From contig OZ244042.1 in NCBI GenBank assembly GCA_965215015.1, forward strand, positions 960,001 to 1,024,000: a stretch of DNA of 64,000 nucleotides, given 5' to 3'. Within the stretch, counting starts at the first letter, position 1. Every line of letters begins with the position of its first letter. This document shows, piece by piece, positions 48,987-59,109 of this stretch. The stretch is from Candidatus Poribacteria bacterium. Lineage in GTDB: Bacteria; Poribacteria; WGA-4E; PCPOR2b. The notes under the pieces were generated by a model that did no database searches, was not told where the DNA came from, and saw nothing but the letters and a program-made list of their open reading frames with translations. The translations under genes and the position numbers were made by a program.

Positions 48987-50640
48987 CAAAATCGCTGAGG
49001 TGTTCGGGGGAGACTCAACGCACTACAGGCAGCTTCGGAAAGTAGAAAAAACTGTCGCCACCCGTGCTGGTGATGCAGAAAGTGAACGTGGTTTTGCTAG
49101 AGTTTCTCTCGGTATAACGTGCCTCTTCTGTTTTTTTTACAGTGCTGCAATTGCCATGACAGTGTTTTTTCTGCCCTTAGATACGTTCAGTTATACACTT
49201 TTGACGCTGTCAAGTACAATGGGGTTGGTTGTACTTTTGATTCTTCCGCACTTTGATATCATTCTTAGTCCGACAAACTATCTTGTCGTATCACATACAC
49301 CGGTGTCGTCGCGCACCTATTTTATTGTAAAGCTAACACAGCTGCTGACTTACGCTGTTCTGTTGTTGGGGTGCTTGAATCTGCTACCCGCCATCTTTGG
49401 AATGTGGGCAAAAGAACAAAACCCGTTTTTTCCGGTCGTTTATTTGCCTATCTCCTTTATCGCTGGTTTTTTTATGATTGGATTGATGACGGTATTTGCA
49501 GGGTATTTGGCAAAACTTTACACAAAAGAGCGGTTCCGAAATATTGCTCAATACGCTCAGTTCGCTTTTAATATTTCTTTTCCGGCTATCTGTATACTCG
49601 GTCCCCGTTTCTCTAGAGAGTTGGCAACAGATAATGTGGTCTCCCTCTTTAAGGCGTTCTATCTGTTACCCAACAGTTGGTTTGCCGGGGCGGTGCCGCT
49701 GGTTCTCGGAAATACAGACCACCAATTTCTGATTTTAACCGCCCTTGCAATGGCTGCAATTGTACTGTTGGTGGCGGGCCCGCTCCGCAGTATTGCTAAA
49801 GGCTACTCAAAATATCTTGCCTCTCTGTCAGAGGCTAGGAGAACACGCAGTTCGCAACTCAAGATCAAGACCTCTGTCGTTGCGCGTCTGTTCAGGAGGT
49901 GTGAAACTCGCGCCACGGCCGATCTTGTTTTCGCCTACCTACGACGCGATAGGACGACACAATTTCGGTTTCTCAGCGAACTTGGGACTATTGTTATTCT
50001 TATTATTCTTATCCTCTTTCAGAACAATGATTTGTTTCTAAACAGTATTGGAAAAACTTTCACTATCTGGCTCGCACTCGGCGTCTCGGGACTTTTCTTC
50101 TTGATTGGTTCAGGCTTCATTGGTTCTTTCCTTGGTCAGATTCGGTATTCGGAGCATTGGAGAGCTGCGTGGATGTTTCGCTGCGCGTCGCTTGCAGTGC
50201 CCCATGCCTTATGGCGAGGCGTGCAGGCTACAGCATTGGTTTATATGGTTTTCCCTTATACGCTGTTGTTAGCAACCGTTGCAACTTTTCTCTGGCCTAG
50301 CTTTTGGGGAGGTTTTTATCTGCTGCCGGGTGTAGTCGGTCTATTTTGCTACGTTGTCCTTCACCCAAAACCGAGTTCCGGCCTACCGCTCTCCCAAGAA
50401 TATAGCCAAAGAAAACGTTATGTGGAATCCATTCCTTACTTATGTGGTCTCCTCACTTTTGGAGCCGTTTTAATCCTCCAATTGGTGATGTACAAAATCC
50501 ATTTGGGGCTTTATATCGCTTGTTATAGTGTTACAATCATTGCTGGGGTTCTACTCTTTATCTACTTTTTTGAAAAAAAAGAGGAGCAAATTTCAAAAAA
50601 TCAGATTGGGGTTGAAGCGTATACTCCAAACTCAATCTAA
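48979..50640 (+). CDS. Putative ABC exporter permease
   Basis: Multi-TM protein overlapping the ATPase gene; TPVSSRTYF..KL loop typical of ABC-2 permeases. Confidence 0.75.
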   Translation: MLDKIAEVFGGDSTHYRQLRKVEKTVATRAGDAESERGFARVSLGITCLFCFFYSAAIAMTVFFLPLDTFSYTLLTLSSTMGLVVLLILPHFDIILSPTNYLVVSHTPVSSRTYFIVKLTQLLTYAVLLLGCLNLLPAIFGMWAKEQNPFFPVVYLPISFIAGFFMIGLMTVFAGYLAKLYTKERFRNIAQYAQFAFNISFPAICILGPRFSRELATDNVVSLFKAFYLLPNSWFAGAVPLVLGNTDHQFLILTALAMAAIVLLVAGPLRSIAKGYSKYLASLSEARRTRSSQLKIKTSVVARLFRRCETRATADLVFAYLRRDRTTQFRFLSELGTIVILIILILFQNNDLFLNSIGKTFTIWLALGVSGLFFLIGSGFIGSFLGQIRYSEHWRAAWMFRCASLAVPHALWRGVQATALVYMVFPYTLLLATVATFLWPSFWGGFYLLPGVVGLFCYVVLHPKPSSGLPLSQEYSQRKRYVESIPYLCGLLTFGAVLILQLVMYKIHLGLYIACYSVTIIAGVLLFIYFFEKKEEQISKNQIGVEAYTPNSI

Positions 50641-50681
50641 CATGTACCACCACACCTTACGCGTTGCATAATGAGGATAGC

Positions 50682-52334
50682 ATGGCATTCATTAAACTGA
50701 ACGACCTTGAGATTGAAGTTGAAGACGGAACCAATATCATTGAGGCTGCTAGACAACACGGCATTGAAGTGCCGCACTACTGTTACCATCCGGGGTTGAC
50801 CCGTCCGGCAAACTGCCGCATGTGCCTTGTGGAGCCCCATGTCTTCTTTCCGCCTGCGGGTAAGGTTGTTCCAGACCGTCAACTCGCAACCGGCTGCACA
50901 ACCACGGTGCGTACCGCCCCTCCGGATCGAAAACTGGATGGGAAATATGATTTTATTGTCCGGACAGATTCGCCGCGTGTGAAGCAGGCGCGGGAGGACA
51001 TCCTTGAATTTCTGCTCGTTCACCACCCGCTTGATTGCCCCGTGTGTGACCAAGCAGGCGAGTGCGACCTTCAGGATTTCAGCTTTAATCACGGCAGCGG
51101 TAAGAGCCGATATATCGAGGTAAAGAACATTCCACCGAAAAAAGACCTCGGTCCCGATGTGCTGCTTTACTCGACTCGATGTATTGTTTGTACCCGTTGC
51201 ATCCGTTTCTGCGATGAGGTTGCGGGAACTGGGGAACTGGGGTTGATCCATCGGGGTTCACACGACGAAGTCGATATTCCACGCGACCATGATGATAACC
51301 CGCTCCGGTTGCTCGACAATAAACTTGCTGGCAATGTCGTGGATATCTGTCCCGTTGGGGCACTAACTAGCAAGGATTTTCTCTTTAAGTCTCGTCCTTG
51401 GTTCATGAAGCAGGTCAATAGCATCTGTCCGGGGTGTAGCGTCGGATGCAACATCACTGTTGACTATAAAGAGGATGGTCTCTATCGAATTAAACCGCGG
51501 TTCCATGAGGATATCAATCAACACTGGATGTGCGATGATGGACGGCTCGGCTACCATTACGTCAACAGTGAAGATCGGCTCAAGATTCCGATGAAGCGGG
51601 TAGGTGACGAACTCGTCTCAACCTCATGGGCGGATGCGCTGAATATCATCGGGGAGAAATTCGCTGGAACCGATCCGGAATCCATCGTTGTCATTGGTTC
51701 TGCACAAGGCACCAACGAAGAGAATTATTTGCTGGGCAAGTTGGCACGTGAAATTCTAAAAACAGAGTCAATTGGTCTGTTTGGACGCGAACCGGGTGAG
51801 GAACACAAATTCCCCCAATTCACCATTGACGCCGACAAAAACCCGAACACACGCGGTGCGCTGGACATGCTCAAGCTGGGTGATGATGCTTCCTTGACGG
51901 GGGATGCACTTTGGAGTGGAGTAGCAGAGGCAAAGGTTGTTTACCTTGTGAGTGGAGCATCTGAGTGCTCGATTGACGAGACAGCGAAGCAGGCGTTGGA
52001 ATCTGTTAATTTTCTGGTCGTGCAGGACATCTTTGAATCCGATGTAGCACAATTGGCAGATGTGGTTCTCCCGGGGGTCACGTTTGCGGAGAAGGATGGC
52101 AGTTTCACCAACGCGAAGGGATGGGTGCAACGGATACATCGGGCGGTCGATCCCCCCGGCGAGGCACGTGTTGATTGGGAAATTATCCAGCAATTAGCCA
52201 AGCGATTGGGGGGTGAGATGGATTATCACTTTGCCGGTGAAATTGCGTTGGAGATTGCGGAAAACGTGCCCAATTATCAAGATGTTACGCACCAGAAGAT
52301 TGGGGATGGTGGAGTCAAACTCAATGGAGGATGA
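50682..52334 (+). CDS. nuoG: NADH-quinone oxidoreductase subunit G (short form)
   Basis: CYHPGL..ANCRMC, HPLDCPVCDQAGEC, CIVCTRC, CPGCSVGC and AEKDGSFTN. Confidence 0.93.
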   Translation: MAFIKLNDLEIEVEDGTNIIEAARQHGIEVPHYCYHPGLTRPANCRMCLVEPHVFFPPAGKVVPDRQLATGCTTTVRTAPPDRKLDGKYDFIVRTDSPRVKQAREDILEFLLVHHPLDCPVCDQAGECDLQDFSFNHGSGKSRYIEVKNIPPKKDLGPDVLLYSTRCIVCTRCIRFCDEVAGTGELGLIHRGSHDEVDIPRDHDDNPLRLLDNKLAGNVVDICPVGALTSKDFLFKSRPWFMKQVNSICPGCSVGCNITVDYKEDGLYRIKPRFHEDINQHWMCDDGRLGYHYVNSEDRLKIPMKRVGDELVSTSWADALNIIGEKFAGTDPESIVVIGSAQGTNEENYLLGKLAREILKTESIGLFGREPGEEHKFPQFTIDADKNPNTRGALDMLKLGDDASLTGDALWSGVAEAKVVYLVSGASECSIDETAKQALESVNFLVVQDIFESDVAQLADVVLPGVTFAEKDGSFTNAKGWVQRIHRAVDPPGEARVDWEIIQQLAKRLGGEMDYHFAGEIALEIAENVPNYQDVTHQKIGDGGVKLNGG

Positions 52335-52530
52335 AATACGTTTAGCTGCTCTCTACGCTGAATTTGCCGACGCGGACCGGAAACCCGCTGAAGATGGATT
52401 GTTTGATTACAACGGAGGAGTGAAAAAGAGGACAGCTTATGATTATTAAGCGCGGTGAAATTTGGCTTGCAGGTTTGAATCCTATACAAAGTTCAGAACA
52501 AGCGAGTGTCCGTCCTGTGCCTACAATAAC
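52324..52530 (+). pseudogene. Antitoxin C-terminal fragment plus MazF/PemK toxin N-terminal fragment
   Basis: LAALYAEFADADRKPAEDG.FDY, then an overlapping ATG at 52439 giving MIIKRGEIWLAGLNPIQSSEQASVRPV (PemK RGEIW..L.P...EQ...RP). Confidence 0.7.
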
Positions 52531-52585
52531 CAGATTTACGACAACTCTATTGCGCCTCTTAGGCTGCTTTTCAGCGTTATAGCCC

Positions 52586-52715
52586 TGTAGCCCGGCGATT
52601 TATCGCCGCACATGACAACTCTTACTGCCCGATGAATCGGGCAACTACGGTAGGTGTACTATTAAGTATCCGTAGGGAACACCGATCATCATTCCCTACG
52701 GAAGTGCGTAACTTC
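52586..52715. repeat. REP doublet and GTAGGGAA...TTCCCTAC hairpin
   Basis: GTAGCCCGGCGATTTATCGCCG...CGATGAATCGGGCAACTAC as at 7232-7287, and CGTAGGGAA...TTCCCTACG. Confidence 0.75.
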
Positions 52716-52720
52716 CAATA

Positions 52721-52856
52721 GGATTGAGGAACATTTTAGTCCACCGCTATTTCGATATTAATGAAAATGTAGTTTGGGGAATTATTCAGAAAGATACTCC
52801 AGAATTAAAAATGAAGCCGTGGAAATTGTGGAAAATCTTGAGAACACAGTTGTTTA
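52721..52856 (+). pseudogene. HEPN/DUF86 (HepT-like) toxin C-terminal fragment
   Basis: GLRNILVHRYFDINENVVWGIIQKDTPELK contains the Rx4H motif in DUF86 context. Confidence 0.7.
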
Positions 52857-52878
52857 AGAATCCAGATAGGGGGGGGAT

Positions 52879-54057
52879 ATGGACTTACCATTTCACGTTT
52901 TAATCATTAGCTCACTCATCAAAATTGTTGTCGTTGTTCATCTACTGCTCATCGGCGTTATGGCGATGATTCTCGCTGAGCGGAAAGTGAGCGGATGGAT
53001 TCAGGACCGACACGGTCCCAACCGCGTTGGCCCCTGGGGCATTTTGCAGCCGATCGCCGACGGTGTGAAATTTCTTCTAAAAGAAGACCTGATTCCAGAC
53101 CATGTGGATAAACCAATCTATCTACTCGCACCTGCGATTATTTTGGTGCCGGCACTAGTTACCTGTGGAGTTGTTCCCTTCGGCGGTTCAATAACAATCT
53201 CAGGCTACGAAATCCCACTGCAAATCGCCGATATTAATATTGGGGTTTTGTACATTCTGGCCATCACCTCATTGGGGGTTTATGGCGTCGTACTTGGTGC
53301 GTGGGCATCGAACAATAAGTATTCTCTGCTCGGTGGTTTGCGCTCTTCCGCACAGATGATTAGTTATGAGTTGGCGTTAGGGCTTTCGATTATCGGTGTG
53401 CTGATGCTCTCAGGATCGTTAAGCCTCCGGGAAATTGCAATCCAACAAGGGAGTTATCCTTGGACATGGAATTTCCTTATCCATTTTCCCGCCTTTTTAA
53501 CCTTTACGGCTGCCGCCTTTGCAGAGACGAATCGTCTCCCCTTCGATCTCGCCGAAGCGGAACAGGAACTTGTCGGCGGATACCACACGGAATATAGCAG
53601 CATGAAATTCGCTATGTACTTCATGGCAGAGTACCTGCACATGATTGTCGGCTCGGCGGTGGCTGTTACGCTCTTCTTGGGTGGTTGGCATTTCTTTGGA
53701 TTGGAAACGGTTGGCGGTCCCTTCTGGAGTGGTGTAATTTCATTCGGGATTTTCTTCGCCAAAACAGCATTTTTTCTCTTTGTCTTTATCTGGGTGAGAT
53801 GGACACTGCCCCGATTCCGGTATGATCAGCTTATGAATCTCGGTTGGAAATTTCTACTGCCTATCGCACTTACAGCAATCGTTGTGACAGGGACGGTTTG
53901 GGCGTTCACACAATCGAAGGTCCTAGTCGGCATATTAAATGTTATCGCCGCCTCCATCGTTGTTGCAATCGTAGCAACCACATTGGTGATGACGCGAGAT
54001 CCTGAGCCGGTTGATGATAGAGGTATTCTAAGTTTTACCGAAGAATCTTCATCTTAA
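52879..54057 (+). CDS. nuoH: NADH-quinone oxidoreductase subunit H
   Basis: ERKVSGWIQDRHGPNRVGP, ETNRLPFDLAEAEQELV and LPRFRYDQLM. Confidence 0.97.
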   Translation: MDLPFHVLIISSLIKIVVVVHLLLIGVMAMILAERKVSGWIQDRHGPNRVGPWGILQPIADGVKFLLKEDLIPDHVDKPIYLLAPAIILVPALVTCGVVPFGGSITISGYEIPLQIADINIGVLYILAITSLGVYGVVLGAWASNNKYSLLGGLRSSAQMISYELALGLSIIGVLMLSGSLSLREIAIQQGSYPWTWNFLIHFPAFLTFTAAAFAETNRLPFDLAEAEQELVGGYHTEYSSMKFAMYFMAEYLHMIVGSAVAVTLFLGGWHFFGLETVGGPFWSGVISFGIFFAKTAFFLFVFIWVRWTLPRFRYDQLMNLGWKFLLPIALTAIVVTGTVWAFTQSKVLVGILNVIAASIVVAIVATTLVMTRDPEPVDDRGILSFTEESSS

Positions 54058-54103
54058 GAATTACAGCAGGCTGTAACAAGCCTTCTAATTTACAAGGGAA
54101 CAC

Positions 54104-54805
54104 ATGGCTGAACAGATTTTGTTTATCATTTTTGGCATACTCGCTGTTGGTTCTGCGGTATGCGTCATCGCATTTAGGAACCCCATTCACAGTGCACTGG
54201 CGTTGGTCTTGACCTTTTTTTCATTGGCAGGCCTATTCATCTCGCTGGAAGCGTACTTCGTTGCCGCCGTACAGGTGATTGTCTACGCAGGTGCAATTAT
54301 GGTGCTATTCCTGTTTGTAATTATGTTGCTTAACTTGGGGAGGCTTCGAGCAGCACGTCAAATCAATAAGGCAAAAGTGTTCGCCATCATTGTGGGGATT
54401 ATATTGGCAGCAGAAGCGATCTACATCGGAATCAAAGTGTACGATGGCACTGCTGTTGCACCTTCTCAGGGTGGAGGCGAATCGGTTGGAGCAGCGATTA
54501 CTCCAGAACAGCTGAACCAGATCGCAGCAATTGAATCTACCTACCAACTGGATCGTGCAGAAATCAATAGCACCTACGTGCCGCAGATTGCCGAACAGAA
54601 AAATACCGTGGAAACGCTCGCGGCAAGTGAAGCGAATCAACTCATCAAAAAACTCCAAGGGGAGATGGGCAAACCAGACCGTATTGGTACAATACTATTT
54701 ACGAAGTTTTTGTTGCCTTTTGAGGTAACATCGTTTATATTGCTTGCAGCCTTAATCGGCGTCATTGTACTCGTTAAACGTGAAGATCCAGATACAGCTG
54801 TCTAA
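54104..54805 (+). CDS. nuoJ: NADH-quinone oxidoreductase subunit J
   Basis: NPIHSAL, VYAGAIMVLFLFVIMLL and PFEVTS. Confidence 0.95.
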   Translation: MAEQILFIIFGILAVGSAVCVIAFRNPIHSALALVLTFFSLAGLFISLEAYFVAAVQVIVYAGAIMVLFLFVIMLLNLGRLRAARQINKAKVFAIIVGIILAAEAIYIGIKVYDGTAVAPSQGGGESVGAAITPEQLNQIAAIESTYQLDRAEINSTYVPQIAEQKNTVETLAASEANQLIKKLQGEMGKPDRIGTILFTKFLLPFEVTSFILLAALIGVIVLVKREDPDTAV

Positions 54806-54824
54806 TTGTAATAGGGATTAAAAT

Positions 54825-55124
54825 ATGGCTTTGCAATACTATCTCATTTTAAGTGCGTTGCTCTTTACTATCGGAGTAATCGGAGTGCTCGTCCGAAGAA
54901 ACGCGATCATTATCTTCATGTGCATTGAACTGATGCTCAACGCAGCAAATCTCGCTTTCGTCGCAATCGGTCGAGAATTAGGGGATGCTTCGGGACAAAT
55001 TTTCGTGTTCTTTGTCATGACTGTCGCTGCCGCCGAAGTTGCCATTGGGCTCGCTATTATCGTGAGTGTTTTTAGACACCGCGAAACGATTAATATCGAT
55101 GAAATCAACACAATGAGGGGATAG
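54825..55124 (+). CDS. nuoK: NADH-quinone oxidoreductase subunit K
   Basis: [14 protein letters not shown] and [10 protein letters not shown]. Confidence 0.97.
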   Translation: MALQYYLILSALLFTIGVIGVLVRRNAIIIFMCIELMLNAANLAFVAIGRELGDASGQIFVFFVMTVAAAEVAIGLAIIVSVFRHRETINIDEINTMRG

Positions 55125-55386
55125 CTGCATGAGTTGCTTGCCCTTGATGAAGAGTGATTAGAATGAAAACCTTGAGGAGCCAAGAAATAAGCTTCTATCA
55201 AAATGCTCGATGTTGAAATGTCCGAAGATGAGTTCGATGTATGTGAGAGATGTTTGGACTATGTTTTACAGAGCTGCTTGAACAGATAAGCAGGAACTTG
55301 AAGAAATATGGCTCAAATGACTGCCATACTCAGAAAACGCACGAATCTCCGAGAAGCGGCAAGTATATCTGGCAGAGGAGTCTGAA

Positions 55387-57264
55387 ATGTCAAAAGACTT
55401 AATAACTTTACTTCTGATTTCCCCACTGATTGGATTTTTAATCAACGGGTTGTTCGGGAAATGGCTGAAAAACGCGAGCGGTTGGATCGCGTCTCTCGCG
55501 GTGCTCATATCGTTTATTATCAGTGCGTTCTTCGTATTTCCTGCGGTCCAAAGCGGTACAGTCCTAGACGAAACGCTCTACGAATGGATCCCCATTGAAT
55601 CTTTTAACATCGGCTTCCATGTTGATGCACTGACCACAGTGATGCTCCTCGTTATCACAGGGGTCGGCTTCCTCATCCATATCTATTCGATCGGCTACAT
55701 GAGCCATGATTCGGGGAGAGCGCGCTATTTTGCTTATCTCAACCTGTTTGTATTTGCTATGTTGATCCTCGTTTTGGCAAACAATTACCTAATGATGTTC
55801 ATAGGTTGGGAAGGCGTTGGACTCTGTTCCTATCTATTGATTGGTTATTGGTTCGAGAGAAAATCTGCCACCGATGCCGGCAAGAAGGCCTTCATCGTTA
55901 ATCGAATCGGCGATTTCGGATTTCTGCTTGGGATGTTCACCTTGTTTGCGGCGTTTGGCACATTGAGTTTTGACACGCTTTTTGAACGCGCTGGAACCAA
56001 TACCTACGAGCAGGTGTTCGGAGCAAGTACACTCATCGTTGCAACTTTGTTGCTCTTCGTCGGTGCAGTCGGCAAGTCTGCACAAATTCCCCTCTACGTC
56101 TGGCTCCCCGATGCAATGGAGGGTCCGACGCCTGTTAGTGCGTTGATCCACGCTGCTACTATGGTTACGGCTGGTGTCTACATGGTCGCACGATCATCAA
56201 TTCTCTTTAACCTAGCAGGCACAGGGGTTGTCGTCGCTTGGATTGGTGTTTTCACTGCCCTGTTCGCCGCCACGATGGCGTTGGCTGCAAATGACATCAA
56301 GCGGGTGCTGGCATATTCGACCGTGAGCCAACTCGGTTATATGTTCGTAGGTGTGGGGGTTGGTGCGTATACCTCCGGAATCTTCCACCTGATGACGCAC
56401 GCTTTCTTCAAAGGGTTGATGTTTCTCACCGCTGGCAGCGTAATGCACGCTATGTCGGACCAACTGGATATGCGGAAAATGGGTGGACTGAAATCGAAGC
56501 TACCGATTACCTATTGGACATTCCTCATCGGTGCCCTTGCAATTGCGGGTTTCCCGCTCTTGAGCGGTTTCTGGAGCAAAGATGAAATCTTGCACAACGC
56601 TTGGGATGGTGGACACCAAATAATTTTCGGTATTGGGTTACTGACAGCGTTTCTAACGGCATTCTATATGTTCCGTCTGATCTTTGTGGTCTTTCACGGG
56701 GCGTCGCGTGTGGACTCAGAGGTTGAATCGCATCTCCACGAATCTCCACCGGTGATGTGGATTCCACTCGTGTTGTTGGCAATACCTTCTCTAATTATCG
56801 GTGCAATCGTCGGTTGGGGCGGAGAGCATAGTGCGATTCATAATTTCTTGGGAAGCGTATTTAAACATCACGGCGCATCAGATCACAGCAATCCGATCCC
56901 TTTTATGATTATTTCATCAATTGTTGGCATTGCAGGTATCTTGGTGGCTTGGTTCATATATCGCAGCAAAGCTCCTCTCAATGAACCGACAACCCCGCTG
57001 CACAAACTCCTCGCGAACAAATATTACATCGACGAAATCTATAACGCCGTTTTCGTGCAGCCGATACGGGGGGTATCCCACTATCTATTCTGGAGGATTA
57101 TGGATGTCGGCATCATTGACGGACTTGTGAATCTAACCGCATTTATCATTCGCGGAATCGGCGGTTCGATCCGACGGCTCCAGACGGGTGTCGTCCAAGC
57201 CTACGTTGTATCAATGGTCATCGGCATCATCATTTTCTTGGGGTATTATCTGTTTATTCGATGA
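55387..57264 (+). CDS. nuoL: NADH-quinone oxidoreductase subunit L
   Basis: GWEGVGLCSY, NRIGD, WLPDAMEGPTPVSALIHAATMV and THAFFK. Confidence 0.97.
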   Translation: MSKDLITLLLISPLIGFLINGLFGKWLKNASGWIASLAVLISFIISAFFVFPAVQSGTVLDETLYEWIPIESFNIGFHVDALTTVMLLVITGVGFLIHIYSIGYMSHDSGRARYFAYLNLFVFAMLILVLANNYLMMFIGWEGVGLCSYLLIGYWFERKSATDAGKKAFIVNRIGDFGFLLGMFTLFAAFGTLSFDTLFERAGTNTYEQVFGASTLIVATLLLFVGAVGKSAQIPLYVWLPDAMEGPTPVSALIHAATMVTAGVYMVARSSILFNLAGTGVVVAWIGVFTALFAATMALAANDIKRVLAYSTVSQLGYMFVGVGVGAYTSGIFHLMTHAFFKGLMFLTAGSVMHAMSDQLDMRKMGGLKSKLPITYWTFLIGALAIAGFPLLSGFWSKDEILHNAWDGGHQIIFGIGLLTAFLTAFYMFRLIFVVFHGASRVDSEVESHLHESPPVMWIPLVLLAIPSLIIGAIVGWGGEHSAIHNFLGSVFKHHGASDHSNPIPFMIISSIVGIAGILVAWFIYRSKAPLNEPTTPLHKLLANKYYIDEIYNAVFVQPIRGVSHYLFWRIMDVGIIDGLVNLTAFIIRGIGGSIRRLQTGVVQAYVVSMVIGIIIFLGYYLFIR

Positions 57265-57570
57265 GGGGTGGGCACCATGGACAAGCATGGTGGAGAATTC
57301 AAAAAAATTGTGCCAATCAACTATGCAAGAATTTAGGGAGAAAAGTGCTGAAGTCTATGAGAAATTGAAGCCTGCCATTTGGGCGAAGCAGTTGATCGAG
57401 CGGAGATTTCCCTCACAGAATCTAATAACACATTACTCGGCAGCGAACTCTTAGATGGCTATGTTTTAAAATCGACTATGGTAATCGTAGGGTTGAAATT
57501 AGAGAATCACCTATGAATCGTAATACATGAAACACCCTACGTTTCACCTTTTACACCCCGGAGGTTATAC

Positions 57571-59109
57571 TTGCTACTTTCCGCAGTTATCTTTTTACCA
57601 CTACTCGGTGCAATCTTAATTGCCCTTGCCAGACACATTTTAGGCGAATCAGGGCTTAAATGGATTGCACTGATTGTTACACTACTCACCTTTATTGTAT
57701 CGCTATCCCTCTACACCGGGTTTGACGCAAGCACGCATGAGATGCAATTTAAGGAAGATCGGACTTGGATTGAGGGGCTCGGCATAAGCTATCATCTCGG
57801 TATTGATGGCATTTCACTCTGGTTGGTTCTGTTGACTACTTTTCTGACGCCGCTTTGCGTACTGGCAGCGTGGAACTCAATAGAGAAAGGCACCAGCGGA
57901 TTCATGAGCTCACTGCTCATGCTCGAAACGGCAATGATCGGTGTGTTTTGTGCGTTAGACCTCTTCCTGTTTTATGTGTTTTGGGAGGCAATGCTCATCC
58001 CGATGTATTTACTCATTGGTATTTGGGGCGGCCATCGGCGCATCTACGCAACGATAAAGTTCGTCCTGTACACAATGGCGGGCAGCGCGTTGATGCTCGT
58101 TGGGATTTTGTACCTCTACTTCCAAAACGACAATAGCTTCGACCTGATGACGTTGTATGGTAGAACGTTATCGCATCAGAATCTGCTATTTCTGGCGTTT
58201 TTCATCGCATTTGCCATCAAAGTGCCGCTTTTCCCCTTCCACACTTGGCTTCCTGATGCACATGTTGAAGCCCCAACGGTTGGCAGTGTTATCCTCGCGG
58301 GAGTATTGCTCAAAATGGGAACATACGGCATCGTGCGCTTCTGTTTGCCGCTTTTCCCGGAAGGCACTGTAGCGTATACGCCACTCATTGTAACGCTGTC
58401 CGTGATTGGTATCATTTACGGTGCATTGGTGGCGATGGTGCAACCAGATCTAAAAAAATTGGTCGCCTACTCGAGTGTGAGTCATCTGGGGTTTGTTGTG
58501 CTGGGACTCTTTGCCCTCAACCATCACGGTGTGCAGGGCGGCATCCTTCAAATGATTAATCATGGGTTGAGCACCGGCGCACTCTTCCTGCTTGTCGGGA
58601 TGATCTATGAACGCCGACATACCCGCATGATTGCTGACTTCGGTGGGTTGTCAAAACAAATGCCAATCTTTGCCGTATTTTTTATGATTGTGACGCTTTC
58701 ATCAATCGGTTTACCCGGTTTGAACGGATTTGTCGGGGAGTTTATGATTTTGCTCGGGGGCTTCATGTCCAATTCATTCTCCAAAGTGTATGTCATTATC
58801 GCTGCAACCGGCGTTATTTTCGCAGCTGTGTATATGCTCTGGATGTTCCAGCGCGTTATGTTTGGCAAACTTGATAATCCGAAAAACCAAACCCTGACCG
58901 ATTTGAGTCTGCGCGAAATTGTTGTGCTAGTTCCAATCGTGGTTTTCATCGTTTGGATTGGCGTTTACCCCAAAACGTTTCTGAGCCGAATGGAGCAATC
59001 GGTCAATCAAGTGTTACAACAGAGCAGACCTACAGCGGCGGTGAAAGCTGTTGCCCCTGCAATTGTGCTAGACTCTACAGCAAAGGAGGCAAAAAAGATT
59101 GACGAATAA
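57571..59109 (+). CDS. nuoM: NADH-quinone oxidoreductase subunit M
   Basis: FWEAMLIPMY, HTWLPDAHVEAP, LLKMGTYG and LPGLNGFVGE. TTG start after GGAGG. Confidence 0.97.
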   Translation: MLLSAVIFLPLLGAILIALARHILGESGLKWIALIVTLLTFIVSLSLYTGFDASTHEMQFKEDRTWIEGLGISYHLGIDGISLWLVLLTTFLTPLCVLAAWNSIEKGTSGFMSSLLMLETAMIGVFCALDLFLFYVFWEAMLIPMYLLIGIWGGHRRIYATIKFVLYTMAGSALMLVGILYLYFQNDNSFDLMTLYGRTLSHQNLLFLAFFIAFAIKVPLFPFHTWLPDAHVEAPTVGSVILAGVLLKMGTYGIVRFCLPLFPEGTVAYTPLIVTLSVIGIIYGALVAMVQPDLKKLVAYSSVSHLGFVVLGLFALNHHGVQGGILQMINHGLSTGALFLLVGMIYERRHTRMIADFGGLSKQMPIFAVFFMIVTLSSIGLPGLNGFVGEFMILLGGFMSNSFSKVYVIIAATGVIFAAVYMLWMFQRVMFGKLDNPKNQTLTDLSLREIVVLVPIVVFIVWIGVYPKTFLSRMEQSVNQVLQQSRPTAAVKAVAPAIVLDSTAKEAKKIDE

